This document shows positions 31,885 through 43,657 of a stretch of 64,000 nt of DNA, piece by piece; positions within the stretch are counted from its first letter, which is position 1; each line of letters opens with the position of its first letter. Location of the stretch: assembly GCA_963776495.1 (NCBI GenBank), contig CAVZMW010000006.1, positions 843,211-907,210 of the forward strand, given 5' to 3'. The notes below the pieces were generated by a model. The model worked only from the letters and a program-made list of their open reading frames with translations. It did not search any database and was not told the origin of the DNA. Both the position numbers and the translations under genes were made by a program. Source of the DNA: an uncultured Acidobacteriota bacterium (GTDB lineage Bacteria; Acidobacteriota; Vicinamibacteria; Vicinamibacterales; Fen-181).

Positions 31885-33022
31885 GTGGCGATCGTGCTCG
31901 ACGAGTTGGTGCGGCGGTACCAGGACCTGGCGAAGCGGTCGTTGGAACTGCGGAGTTATCTTTGACCGTTCTGCCCCCCGCGAGGAATTGAGCCGGCTCG
32001 AGACCGAGATTGCGCGCCCCGATTTCTGGAAGGACCAGGCCGAAGCCCAGAAGATCCTGCAGCGGCGCCGCCGCCTCGGGCAGGAAGTCGAGATGGTCGA
32101 CGCCCTGAAGCGGCGTGAGGACGACCTGTCGGTCCTCGTCGAGTGGGCGGCGGCGGGCGAGGACGTCTCGCGCGATCTCGCCGAGGGGCTCGACGCGCTC
32201 GGCCGCGAGGTCGACGCCGCGGAGACGAAGAAGATCCTCGGCGGCGAGCACGACCAGAAGAACGCCATCGTCACCATCCATCCGGGCGCGGGCGGCACCG
32301 AGTCGCAGGACTGGGCCGAGATGCTGATGCGCATGTACCTGCGGTGGGCGGAGCGCCGCGGGCTGCGCCGCGAGCTGATGGAATACCAGCCCGGCGACGA
32401 GGCGGGCCTCAAGAGCGTGACGTTCACGGTCAGCGGCGACTACGCCTACGGGCTGCTGTCGGCCGAGGCCGGCGTGCACCGGCTCGTCCGGATCTCGCCG
32501 TTCGACCAGGCCGCCCGCCGCCACACGTCGTTCGCGTCGGTCTACGTCTGGCCCGAGCTGCCCGACGACGTCGAGGTGGAGATCGACGAGAAGGACCTCC
32601 GGATCGACACCTACCGGTCGAGCGGGTGCGGCGGTCAGCACCTCAACGTCACCGACTCCGCGATCCGGATCACGCACCTGCCCACGGGAATCGTCGTCAC
32701 CTGCCAGAACGAGCGGTCGCAGGGGCGCAACCGCGACTCGGCGATGAAGGTGCTGCGCGCGCGGCTCTACGACCTCAAGATGAAGGAGCAGCAGGCGAAG
32801 CTCGACCAGCTCGGCGGCGAGAAGCGCGACATCGCCTTCGGCAGCCAGATCAGGAGCTACGTCCTCCATCCCTACCAGATGGTGAAGGACCACCGGACGA
32901 AGGAAGAGGTCGGCGACATCAACCGCGTCCTCGACGGCGACATCGACGTCTTCATCAAGACCTACCTGAAGCAGAAGGCCGCCGGCACGCTGGGACAGGG
33001 CGCGGCCGCCGACACCGAGTAG
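31885..33022 (+). CDS. prfB: Peptide chain release factor 2, requires programmed +1 frameshift at 31960-31965
   Basis: ORF0 runs from GTG 31885 (GGAGG 6 nt upstream) and encodes ...RYQDLAKRSLELRSYL, ending at CTT TGA C. The +1 frame continues DRSAPREELSRLETEIARPDFW... and contains the SPF and GGQ (CGGQH) motifs. The track start at 31988 is an artefact. Confidence 0.9.
31951..31966 (+). promoter_or_regulatory. RF2 autoregulatory +1 frameshift site (SD-like GGAG, then TAT CTT TGA C)
   Basis: cGGAGt TAT CTT TGA C matches the established bacterial prfB recoding signal. Confidence 0.85.
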
Positions 33023-33025
33023 AAC

Positions 33026-33115
33026 GGGCTGACGGCTGATGGCTGACGACGGACGGCGTGATCACGCGTGAGAGCGTGGTGCGGCCCTCGGCCTTCAGCC
33101 GTCGGCCGTCAGCCC
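33026..33115 (+). terminator. Hairpin built from GGCTGAC-type heptamers downstream of prfB
   Basis: GGGCTGACGGC (33026-36) is the exact complement of GCCGTCAGCCC (33105-15). The inner arms are heptamer arrays. Confidence 0.6.
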
Positions 33116-33116
33116 G

Positions 33117-33146
33117 TTGACATTGTCTAGTAAGTTGATAGACAAT
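33117..33146 (+). promoter_or_regulatory. Promoter (-35 TTGACA) overlapped by the perfect palindrome ATTGTCTA-N9-TAGACAAT, a candidate Rrf2 operator
   Basis: TTGACA is at 33117-22 and the inverted repeat is at 33122-29 / 33139-46. The GTG start of the Rrf2 gene is at 33154, which implies a very short or absent leader. Confidence 0.6.
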
Positions 33147-33153
33147 CCGCCGC

Positions 33154-33615
33154 GTGCTGACGCGCCAATCCAAGTACGGCCTCAAGGCCCTCCTCTTCCT
33201 GGCCCGCGAACACGACCGCGGCCCCATCCTCGCCTCCGAGGTGGCCTCGCGCGAGGGGATCCCCGAGAAGTTCCTCCAGGGGATCCTGCTCGACCTCAGG
33301 CGGCGGGGCATCGTGAGCAGCCGGCGCGGCCAGGGCGGCGGCTACCGCCTGGCCCGCGACCCGTCCGCCGTCAACGTCGGGGAGGTGATCCGGACGCTCG
33401 AGGGACCGCTCGCCCTGACCCCCTGCGTGAGCCAGACCGCGTACCACCGGTGCGAGGAATGCGCCGACGAGCGGCGGTGCGGCATCCGGCTGATCATGAA
33501 GCGGGTGCGCGACGAGACGGCCCGCATCCTCGAGGGGGCGACGCTCTCCGGGGTCAATGCCGCGGTGGACCGGATCGGGCGACGCCGTCCCGCGCCGCGG
33601 CGGGCGGGGAAGTAG
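33154..33615 (+). CDS. Rrf2-family transcriptional regulator with a 4-Cys cluster
   Basis: [17 protein letters not shown]...GYRLARDP is the Rrf2 wHTH. The Cys pattern is C-x8-C-x2-C-x5-C ([21 protein letters not shown]). Confidence 0.9.
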   Translation: MLTRQSKYGLKALLFLAREHDRGPILASEVASREGIPEKFLQGILLDLRRRGIVSSRRGQGGGYRLARDPSAVNVGEVIRTLEGPLALTPCVSQTAYHRCEECADERRCGIRLIMKRVRDETARILEGATLSGVNAAVDRIGRRRPAPRRAGK

Positions 33616-33622
33616 GACCACC

Positions 33623-34681
33623 GTGCGATCTGGCGACCGTGCGGCCGTGCGATCTGGCGGTCGGGCGACGCAGTGGCCCGCCGTGGCGGCCCTCGGTCTG
33701 GCGCTCGCGGCTGCCGCCCCGGGGATCGTGCGCGCCCAGGCGCCGCCGGTCACCCTGCTCAACGTGTCCTACGACCCCACGCGCGAGTTCTACCAGGACG
33801 TCAACTCGGCGTTCAACCGATCCCGCGCGGCGCGCGGCCTGCCGCCGGTGACCGTCCGCCAATCGCACGGCGGGTCGGGAAAGCAGGCCCGGTCGGTCAT
33901 CGACGGCCTCGAGGCGGACGTGGTCACCCTGGCGCTGGCCTACGACATCGACGCGATCGCGACGCGCGGCCTCATCCGGAGCGGCTGGCGGAAGCGCCTG
34001 CCCGACAACGCCACCCCCTGCACGTCGGTCGTCGTGTTCCTGGTCCGCAAGGGCAATCCCAAGGGGATCCGCGATTGGGCGGACCTCGCCCGGCCCGGCA
34101 CGGTCGTCATCACGCCGAACCCGAAGACGTCCGGCGGCGCGCGCTGGAACTACCTCGCGGCCTGGGGCTACGCCCGTTCGCGGCCGGGGGCGACCGACGA
34201 TTCGGCCCGCGCGTTTCTCGCGAAGGTCCTCCGGAACGTGCCCGTGCTCGATGCCGGCGCGCGCGCGGCGACGACGACGTTCGTCCAGCGCGGCATCGGC
34301 GACGTGCTGGTGACCTGGGAGAGCGAAGCGAGGCTCGCCCTCGAGAAGATGGGGACGGACCGGGTGTCGATCGTGCTGCCCTCGATCACCATCCAGGCCG
34401 AGCCGCCGGTCGCGATCGTGGACGCGGTCGTGGATCGCCGGGGCACGCGGCGCGAGGCGCAGGCCTACCTCGACTTCCTCTACACGCCCGAAGGCCAGGA
34501 ACTGGCCGCGCGGCACTATTACCGGCCCCGGAACCCGGAGGTGCTGGCGCGGCACCGCGCGCAGTTTCCCGATGTGCGCGTCCTGACGATCGACCGCGAC
34601 TTCGGCGGCTGGGCGGCCGCCCAGAAGACGCATTTCGACGACGGCGGCACGTTCGACCGGATCGTCGAGGGACGGCAGTAG
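33623..34681 (+). CDS. cysP: Sulfate/thiosulfate ABC transporter substrate-binding protein
   Basis: [11 protein letters not shown]...[18 protein letters not shown]...[11 protein letters not shown] matches the Sbp/CysP family. The start may be GTG 33623 or GTG 33647. Confidence 0.85.
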   Translation: MRSGDRAAVRSGGRATQWPAVAALGLALAAAAPGIVRAQAPPVTLLNVSYDPTREFYQDVNSAFNRSRAARGLPPVTVRQSHGGSGKQARSVIDGLEADVVTLALAYDIDAIATRGLIRSGWRKRLPDNATPCTSVVVFLVRKGNPKGIRDWADLARPGTVVITPNPKTSGGARWNYLAAWGYARSRPGATDDSARAFLAKVLRNVPVLDAGARAATTTFVQRGIGDVLVTWESEARLALEKMGTDRVSIVLPSITIQAEPPVAIVDAVVDRRGTRREAQAYLDFLYTPEGQELAARHYYRPRNPEVLARHRAQFPDVRVLTIDRDFGGWAAAQKTHFDDGGTFDRIVEGRQ

Positions 34682-34684
34682 TCC

Positions 34685-35521
34685 ATGAGACCGCCCCGCC
34701 GCCGCCGTCACGTCCTGCCCGGCTTCGGGCTCGCGCTCGGCTTCACCGTGTCCTACCTGTGCCTGCTCGTGCTGCTGCCCCTCAGCGGCGTCGCGCTGAC
34801 CGCGCGGCGCATGACGTGGACGGGCTTCGTCGCGGCGATCTCGAGCGCGCGCGCGGTGGCGGCGTTCGAGTTGACCGTCGGCGCCGCGTTCACCGCCGCC
34901 CTGGTCAACGTCTTCGTCGGCCTGCTCGTGGCGTGGGTGCTCGTCCGGTACCCGTTCCCCGGCCGCCGCCTGGTGGACGCCTGCGTGGATCTGCCCTTCG
35001 CGCTGCCGACCGCGGTGGCCGGCATCGCGCTGACCGCCGTCTACTCGCCGGCCGGCTGGCTGGGCCGCCAACTGGCGCCGCTCGGGATCCAGGTCGCCTT
35101 CACGCGGCTCGGCGTCGTCGTCGCGCTCACCTTCATCGGCCTCCCGTTCGTCGTCCGCGCCGTGCAGCCGGTGCTCGAGGACGTGGACCCCGAGATCGAG
35201 GAGGCGGCGGCCAGCCTCGGCGCGAACCGGTGGCAGGCGTTTCGCCGGGTGCTGCTCCCGTCGATCGCGCCGGCCCTGCTCACCGGGTTCACGCTGGCGT
35301 TTGCGCGCGCCCTCGGCGAGTACGGCTCGGTCGTGTTCATCTCGGGGAACCTCCCGATGCGCACCGAGGTGGTCCCGCTGCTCATCGTCGCCCGGCTGGA
35401 GCAGTTCGACTACGAGGGGGCCACGGCGATCGCGGCCGCGATGCTCGCCGTCTCGTTCGCGCTGCTGCTGACGGTGAACGCCGTGCAGGCGTGGAGCCGG
35501 CGCAGGGAGGCGGCCGCATGA
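34685..35521 (+). CDS. cysT: Sulfate ABC transporter permease CysT
   Basis: Six TM helices and an EAA loop ([21 protein letters not shown]). Confidence 0.9.
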   Translation: MRPPRRRRHVLPGFGLALGFTVSYLCLLVLLPLSGVALTARRMTWTGFVAAISSARAVAAFELTVGAAFTAALVNVFVGLLVAWVLVRYPFPGRRLVDACVDLPFALPTAVAGIALTAVYSPAGWLGRQLAPLGIQVAFTRLGVVVALTFIGLPFVVRAVQPVLEDVDPEIEEAAASLGANRWQAFRRVLLPSIAPALLTGFTLAFARALGEYGSVVFISGNLPMRTEVVPLLIVARLEQFDYEGATAIAAAMLAVSFALLLTVNAVQAWSRRREAAA

Positions 35522-36342
35522 GGACCCCATCGGGCCGGCGGACCGAGCCGGTTGTCGTGCGCGCGGGACTCGTCGTCCTGGCGCTCGGCTTCCTGGCGTG
35601 CTTGCTGTTCGTGCCCCTGGCCGTCGTGTTCGTCGAGGCGTTCGCCGGCGGGGCGCGCCACTACGCGGCGTCGCTCCTCGAGCCATCCGCGCTCTCCTCG
35701 CTCCGCCTGACGGCGCTGACGGCGCTGGTGGCCGTCCCGCTCAACACGCTGTTCGGACTCGCCGCCGCGTGGGCGCTGGCGCGGTTCCGCTTCCCGGGCC
35801 GCGGCCTGCTCGTCACGCTGATCGACCTGCCGTTTGCGATCTCCCCAGTCGTCTCGGGGCTGGTCTTCGTCCTGATGTTCGGCGCGCAGGGGCTGCTCGG
35901 GCCGTGGCTCACCGCGCACGGGATCCGGATCATCTTCGCCGTGCCGGGCATCCTGCTCGCCACCATGTTCGTGACCGTGCCGTTCGTGGCCCGCGAGCTG
36001 GTGCCGCTGATGGAAGAGCAGGGATCGGAAGAGGAGCAGGCCGCGCTCGCGCTCGGCGCGAGCGGGTGGCAGATGTTCAGGCGCGTCACGCTGCCCAACA
36101 TCCGCTGGGGGCTGCTCTACGGGGTCGTCCTGCTGAACGCGCGCGCCATCGGCGAGTTCGGCGCCGTGTCGGTGGTCTCCGGCCACATCCGCGGGCTGAC
36201 CGACACGGCCCCGCTGCACGTGGAGATCCTCTACAACGAGTACAACTTCGCGGCCGCCTTCGCGGTCGCCTCCGTGCTGGCGCTGATGGCGCTGGCGACG
36301 CTGGCCGCCAAGAGCGCGCTCGGCCGGCGCGTCGCCCGCTGA
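35518..36342 (+). CDS. cysW: Sulfate ABC transporter permease CysW
   Basis: ATG at 35518 overlaps the cysT stop (ATGA). EAA loop [22 protein letters not shown]. The rest of the 889-aa track ORF is spurious. Confidence 0.9.
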   Translation: MRTPSGRRTEPVVVRAGLVVLALGFLACLLFVPLAVVFVEAFAGGARHYAASLLEPSALSSLRLTALTALVAVPLNTLFGLAAAWALARFRFPGRGLLVTLIDLPFAISPVVSGLVFVLMFGAQGLLGPWLTAHGIRIIFAVPGILLATMFVTVPFVARELVPLMEEQGSEEEQAALALGASGWQMFRRVTLPNIRWGLLYGVVLLNARAIGEFGAVSVVSGHIRGLTDTAPLHVEILYNEYNFAAAFAVASVLALMALATLAAKSALGRRVAR

Positions 36343-36371
36343 CGGCGGGGGTCCACGATGGGACGTGACGC

Positions 36372-37427
36372 GTGAGCATCGAGGTCGTCGGGGTCACCAG
36401 GCGATTCGGGCCGTTCGTCGCAGTGGACGACGTGTCGCTGCGCGTCGAAACGGGAGAGCTGGTGGCGCTGCTCGGCCCGTCCGGCTCGGGGAAGACGACG
36501 CTGCTGCGCGTGATTGCCGGCCTGGAGATCCCGGACCGGGGGAGCGTGCTGTTCGACGGCAAGGCGTCCGACGGGCGCCGACTCGCCGACCGCCGCGTGG
36601 GCTTCGTCTTCCAGCACTACGCGCTGTTCCGGCACATGTCGGTCGCCGAGAACATCGCCTTCGGCCTGCGCGTCCGGCCGCGCGAGACGCGGCCGCCCGA
36701 GGCCGAAATCGGCCGGCGGGTGCGCCGCCTGCTCGAACTGGTGCAGCTCGGGGCGATGGCCGACCGGCTGCCGGCGCAGCTTTCCGGGGGCCAGCGGCAG
36801 CGCGTGGCCCTGGCCCGGGCGCTGGCCGTCGAGCCGAGCGTCCTGCTGCTCGACGAGCCCTTCGGCGCGCTCGACGCGAAGGTGCGCAAGGAACTCCGCC
36901 GCTGGCTCCGGCGCCTGCACGACGAGCTGCACGTCGCCAGCCTCTTCGTGACGCACGACCAGGAGGAGGCCCTCGAGGCGGCGGACCGCGTCGTGGTGAT
37001 GAACCAGGGACGGGTGGAGCAGGCCGGCACGCCGCCCGAAGTGTACGCGCACCCGGCCAGCCCGTTCGTCTACGACTTCCTTGGCGACGTGAACCTGTTC
37101 CACGGGCGGGTCGAGCAGGGAAAGGCCTACCTCGGTCCGCTCGCGTTCGAGGCGCCCGGACACGCGGGCCGCGAGGCCCGGATCGCGACGCTCTACATCC
37201 GGCCGCACCAGCTCGAGATCGACCGGGTCGACCTCGGGGAGCGGCAGTTCCGCGCCCGCGTCGCGCGCGTCAACACGGCGGGCCCGCTCGTGAAGGTCGA
37301 CCTGGTGGCGGAGTGGGGAGATCCGGTGCGCGTCGAGGTTTCGCAGGAGCGCTGCCGCGCGCTCGCGCTCGACGTCGGCGGCGAGGTGTTTGTCCGGCCC
37401 ACGGACATGAGGATCTTCACCGCGTAG
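36372..37427 (+). CDS. cysA: Sulfate ABC transporter ATP-binding protein CysA
   Basis: [24 protein letters not shown] and [11 protein letters not shown] motifs, plus a TOBE-like C-terminal domain. Confidence 0.95.
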   Translation: MSIEVVGVTRRFGPFVAVDDVSLRVETGELVALLGPSGSGKTTLLRVIAGLEIPDRGSVLFDGKASDGRRLADRRVGFVFQHYALFRHMSVAENIAFGLRVRPRETRPPEAEIGRRVRRLLELVQLGAMADRLPAQLSGGQRQRVALARALAVEPSVLLLDEPFGALDAKVRKELRRWLRRLHDELHVASLFVTHDQEEALEAADRVVVMNQGRVEQAGTPPEVYAHPASPFVYDFLGDVNLFHGRVEQGKAYLGPLAFEAPGHAGREARIATLYIRPHQLEIDRVDLGERQFRARVARVNTAGPLVKVDLVAEWGDPVRVEVSQERCRALALDVGGEVFVRPTDMRIFTA

Positions 37428-37467
37428 CCGGGATCAGCGCCGAGCGCCGAAAGCCGTTCGATCGTTC

Positions 37468-39738
37468 CTACTGTCTGATGCCGCCCGGCTGCGTGCCGGC
37501 GATGAACGCCTCGCTGATCGAGCCCGGCGCGTTGTCCGCCGCCGGCTGGCCCGTCAGCCGGTCCACGCTCATGAAGACGATGTTGCCCGGCGCCTCGAAC
37601 ACCGGCGGGTGTTCCCGGTCCCCGTACCGATCGATGTACGCCTTCATGAACTCCATCCAGATCGGCAGGGCCGCTTCCGCGCCCGTCTCGGACGGTCCGA
37701 GCGGCTTCCGGTCGTCGTGGCCGACCCAGACGCCGACGGTGATCTTCGGGTCGAACCCGGTGAACCACGCGTCGCTGAACTCGTTGGTCGTCCCCGTCTT
37801 CCCGCCGAGCGGCCAGTCGAGCGAGGCCGCGGCGGCGCCCGTCCCGCGCGCGATGACGCCGCGCATCAGGTTGGTCATCACGAACGCGGTGTCGGCGCGG
37901 ATCGCCTCGCGCGGCTGGGGCCGGTTCTGCTCGAGCAGGTTCCCCTCCCGATCGACGATCCGGAGGATCTCGTACGGCTTCATCAGCACGCCCTGGTTGG
38001 GGAAGACCGAGTAGGCGGCGGTGACCTCGAGCAGGCTGGCGTCGGCCGCCCCGAGCGCCGTGGAGAGATACGGCTCGATCGGGCCCTCGAAGCCGAAGAG
38101 CCGCGCGTACGCCACCACCTGTTTCGGTCCGATCTCCTCCATCGTCCGCACCGCGGGGACGTTGCGCGATTCCTCCAGCGCGTGGCGCAGCGTGATCGGG
38201 CCCTCGAACTTCCCGTCGTAGTCGTGGGGCGAGTAGGGCGGCTGGCCGGGCCCCGCCGGGTAGGCGACCGGCTCGTCGATCACGATCGTCGCCGGCGTCA
38301 GGCCGCGGTCGATGGCGGCCGTGTAGACGATCGGCTTGAAGCCCGAGCCCATCTGGCGGTAGGCCTGGACCGCGCGGTTGAACTTGCTGCGGTCGAAGCT
38401 CAGCCCGCCCACCATGGCGACGATCTGGCCGGTCCGGTTGTCGAGCGCCAGCACGGCGCCGTTGACCTGCGGCTGCTGCTCGAGCGTCACGCCGAGCACG
38501 CCGGCCGCCTCGTCGACCTTGGTCACCCGCGCCTCGACGAGGTCGCCCGGCGAGAAGATGCCGGTCGGGGAGGCGCGGCCCGTCCACCGGATCCCCTCGC
38601 GCCCGAGGTCGGCCGTGTAGCGGCCGATGCGCAGCCGCGCCGTGCCCCGGGCCCCGCCAACGGAGACGACGACGGCCGGCACCACCTCGCCGACCGTGAT
38701 CGGGCGCTCCCACGCGTCGTCGCGGTATTTGTCGATCGCCCGTCCCTCGGCGACGAGGTTGCGGCGCGGCTTCCGGAACCCCCGGCGCTTGTCGAGCGCG
38801 CGGAGGCCGTCGTCGAGGGCGCGCGTGGCCGCGGCCTGCAGGTCCACGTCGAGCGACGTGGAGACCGACAGGCCGTTCTCGTAGAGCTGCTTGGCGCCGT
38901 ACTTCCGCTCGAGGTACTTCCGCACTTCCTCGACGAAGTACGGGGCGACCGACGCCTCGCTGGTCGGCTGCCCGCGCAGCTCGATCGGCTTCCCCTCCGC
39001 CGCGGCCGCCGCGGCCCTGGTGATGTAGCCCTCCTCGGCCATCCGCTGGAGCACGTAATTGCGTCGCCTGAGCGCCCGGCGCATGTCCACGAACGGGCTC
39101 TGCCGCTCCGGCGTCTGGATGATCCCCGCGATGAGGGCCGCCTCTTCGAGCGAGAGGTCCTTCGCGCGCTTGCCGAAGTAGAGCCGCGAGGCCGCCTCGA
39201 CCCCGTAGGCGCCGTGGCCGAAGTAGATCTGGTTGCAGTAGAGGGTGAAGATCTCGCGCTTGGTGTAGCGGCGCTCGATCTGGATGGCGAGCAGCGCCTC
39301 CTTGATCTTCCGCTCCCACGTCTTCTCGTCGGTGAGGAACAGCTTGCGCGCGAGCTGCTGGGTGAGCGTGCTGGCGCCCGCGAGGCGGCGGTGTATCAGG
39401 TCCTCGGCCGCCGTGATGACGATGCGCGACACGCTGATGCCGAAGTGGCGCTCGAAGTCCGCGTCTTCGGCGGAGAGGATCGCCTGGTGGAGCCTTGGCG
39501 AGATGTCGTCGTAGTTCACCACCACGCGCCGCTCGGTCGCGAACTCGCCGATCACCTGGCCGTTCGCCGCGTAGACGCGGGTGATGGTGTTCGGCGCGTA
39601 GTCGTCGAGCGCCTCGATCTGCGGCAGGTCGCCGCCGTAGGCGAACAGGATGCCGCTGACGATTCCGAGCACCGCGACGAGGAGGAAGAGCGCGACGAGC
39701 CCGGCATGCCGGGCGACACGAATGACGACGTGGGCCAC
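37468..39738 (-). CDS. mrcA: Class A penicillin-binding protein 1A (transglycosylase/transpeptidase)
   Basis: GT51 motifs (EDADFERHFGIS, RKIKEALLAIQIE), transpeptidase SGFKP and KTGTT motifs, and an N-terminal TM anchor. Confidence 0.95.
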   Translation of the reverse strand: MAHVVIRVARHAGLVALFLLVAVLGIVSGILFAYGGDLPQIEALDDYAPNTITRVYAANGQVIGEFATERRVVVNYDDISPRLHQAILSAEDADFERHFGISVSRIVITAAEDLIHRRLAGASTLTQQLARKLFLTDEKTWERKIKEALLAIQIERRYTKREIFTLYCNQIYFGHGAYGVEAASRLYFGKRAKDLSLEEAALIAGIIQTPERQSPFVDMRRALRRRNYVLQRMAEEGYITRAAAAAAEGKPIELRGQPTSEASVAPYFVEEVRKYLERKYGAKQLYENGLSVSTSLDVDLQAAATRALDDGLRALDKRRGFRKPRRNLVAEGRAIDKYRDDAWERPITVGEVVPAVVVSVGGARGTARLRIGRYTADLGREGIRWTGRASPTGIFSPGDLVEARVTKVDEAAGVLGVTLEQQPQVNGAVLALDNRTGQIVAMVGGLSFDRSKFNRAVQAYRQMGSGFKPIVYTAAIDRGLTPATIVIDEPVAYPAGPGQPPYSPHDYDGKFEGPITLRHALEESRNVPAVRTMEEIGPKQVVAYARLFGFEGPIEPYLSTALGAADASLLEVTAAYSVFPNQGVLMKPYEILRIVDREGNLLEQNRPQPREAIRADTAFVMTNLMRGVIARGTGAAAASLDWPLGGKTGTTNEFSDAWFTGFDPKITVGVWVGHDDRKPLGPSETGAEAALPIWMEFMKAYIDRYGDREHPPVFEAPGNIVFMSVDRLTGQPAADNAPGSISEAFIAGTQPGGIRQ

Positions 39739-39884
39739 GAGGGGATTCTACCTTGTGCGCGGTTTCACCGTCGTGCGATCGTTCGCCGCCGGCGTCCACG
39801 CGGTCGCCGAGGCGGACGCGCGCGCCAACCGCCCGGCCGATGCGAGTTGTCGGGGTGCCCGGCCTCTGGCTCTGCCGGCCAGCG

Positions 39885-39913
39885 TTGACAGTTGAAGGCT
39901 CATATTTTATAGT
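39885..39913 (+). promoter_or_regulatory. Near-consensus sigma70 promoter of the dnaK operon (TTGACA-N17-TATAGT)
   Basis: The -35 is at 39885-90 and the -10 at 39908-13. The inverted repeat AGGCTC-N17-GAGCCT (39896-39924) brackets the -10. Confidence 0.6.
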
Positions 39914-39981
39914 AACGAGAGCCTAAGACATTTGAGGCGACCTATTGACCAAGGACCGCGGAAGACAGAGGTAGATCGCAT

Positions 39982-41902
<1,921 letters not shown>

Positions 41903-41904
<2 letters not shown>

Positions 41905-42006
41905 GAAGTACGAAGTAGGAAGTACGAAGTACGGCGGAAAGTGTAAGGCGCAAGGCGTATGGCGTAAGGCGCAAGGCGTATGGCGTATGGCGTAAGGCGT
42001 AAGGCG
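41903..42006. repeat. Two consecutive direct heptamer arrays, (AGTACGA-type) x4 then (TAAGGCG/CAAGGCG/TATGGCG) x9
   Basis: Read directly from the sequence. They fill the whole dnaK-dnaJ spacer. Confidence 0.95.
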
Positions 42007-42011
42007 CTGTG

Positions 42012-43118
42012 ATGGACCTTTACGACATCCTCGGGGTGGCGCACGACGCCGGTGAGGCCGACATCCGCCGCGCCTACCGGCGCCTCGCGCGCCTGTACCA
42101 TCCCGGGGTCAACCCGGGCGACCCGGAGGCGCGCGCCCGCTTCGAGCAGATCACCTCGGCGTTCGAGACGCTCGACGACCCCGAGCGGCGGCAGCGCTAC
42201 GACCGGGGCGAGGCGGACGGCCCGGGTGCGGAGCGGGCCACGTTCGGGTTCGAGGGGTTCGACTTCTCGGTGCAGGTCGCCTCGACGTCGGCGACCGCGA
42301 CGACGTTCGGCGATCTGTTCGGCGACATCCTTACGCGGGCGGCCGGGCCCGGCGCGGCGGCCGGGGAGGAGTCGGGCGCGGACCTCCATTCCGCGCTCAC
42401 CGTGTCGTTTGTCGAGTCGATGACCGGGGCCGAGCGGTACGTGCCGATCTCGCGCCAGGTGCCGTGCCGCGCCTGCGGCGGCAGCGGGGTGGTCGCGGTG
42501 GACCCGGTGACGTGCGGCGTCTGCCAGGGACGGGGCCACGTGCGCGCGGCGCGCGGGCACATGGTGTTCACCAAGGCGTGCGACGCGTGCCGCGGCACCG
42601 GCCAGCGGCGCGAGGCGGCCTGCCGGTCGTGCCGGGGCGAGGGGGTCGAAGCGTCGGCCGAGAGCCTGCACGTCCACGTCCCGGCCGGGGTGAGCGACGG
42701 GGCGCAGGTGCGCGTGCCCGGGCGCGGCCACGCCGGCCGGCGCGGCGGGAGGGCCGGCGACCTCGTCCTGTCGGTGCGCGTCGAGTCGCACCCGCTGGTC
42801 GCGCGGGACGGCGACGACCTGCACATGGTCGTGCCGGTGGCGCTGCACGAGGCGGCGCTCGGCGCGAAGGTCGAGATCCCGACGTTCGAGGGGCCGGTGC
42901 GGCTCCGGATCCCGCCCGGCACGCAGCCCGGCCAGCGCCTGCGGCTGCGCGAGCGCGGGGCGCCGTCGCTGCGCACCGGGACGCGCGGCGACCTCATCGT
43001 CGAAGTGAAGCTGGTGCTGCCCGAACTGCTCGACGAGCGGTCGAAGGAGATCCTCCGCGAGTTCGGACGGATCAACGGCGAGGACGTGCGCCGGGGCCTG
43101 TGGGCCCGGAGCGAGTGA
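42012..43118 (+). CDS. dnaJ: DnaJ-type co-chaperone (J domain, 4 x CxxCxGxG zinc finger, C-terminal domains) with an HPG variant motif
   Basis: DLYDILGV...YRRLARLYHPGVNPGD. Zinc-finger units are CRACGGSG, CGVCQGRG, CDACRGTG and CRSCRGEG. Confidence 0.9.
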   Translation: MDLYDILGVAHDAGEADIRRAYRRLARLYHPGVNPGDPEARARFEQITSAFETLDDPERRQRYDRGEADGPGAERATFGFEGFDFSVQVASTSATATTFGDLFGDILTRAAGPGAAAGEESGADLHSALTVSFVESMTGAERYVPISRQVPCRACGGSGVVAVDPVTCGVCQGRGHVRAARGHMVFTKACDACRGTGQRREAACRSCRGEGVEASAESLHVHVPAGVSDGAQVRVPGRGHAGRRGGRAGDLVLSVRVESHPLVARDGDDLHMVVPVALHEAALGAKVEIPTFEGPVRLRIPPGTQPGQRLRLRERGAPSLRTGTRGDLIVEVKLVLPELLDERSKEILREFGRINGEDVRRGLWARSE

Positions 43119-43128
43119 GGGCCTCTCC

Positions 43129-43590
<462 letters not shown>

Positions 43591-43657
43591 CGCTCGGCGG
43601 AGGAGCGGCGACGCGGCGGTTTCCTTCCTGCCCGAAGTCGGGCACAATACACCCACG

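Noticed and set aside
33673-35517. Upstream 615 codons of the 889-aa track ORF (33673-36342), and similarly 46509-47726 upstream of mtnP and 18389-19054 upstream of the coaX-coupled gene
   Set aside because: These are out-of-frame read-through across sbp/cysT, the acyl-CoA dehydrogenase and coaX. Only the distal parts (cysW, mtnP and the 245-aa hypothetical) have family motifs or sensible starts.
39880-39981. Canonical HAIR (CTTGAGT-N7-ACTCAAG) or CIRCE (TTAGCACTC-N9-GAGTGCTAA) upstream of dnaK
   Set aside because: Only a 5/7 half-site (TTTGAGG) with no matching second half at N7 was found, and nothing resembles CIRCE. It is reported as absent or diverged rather than called.
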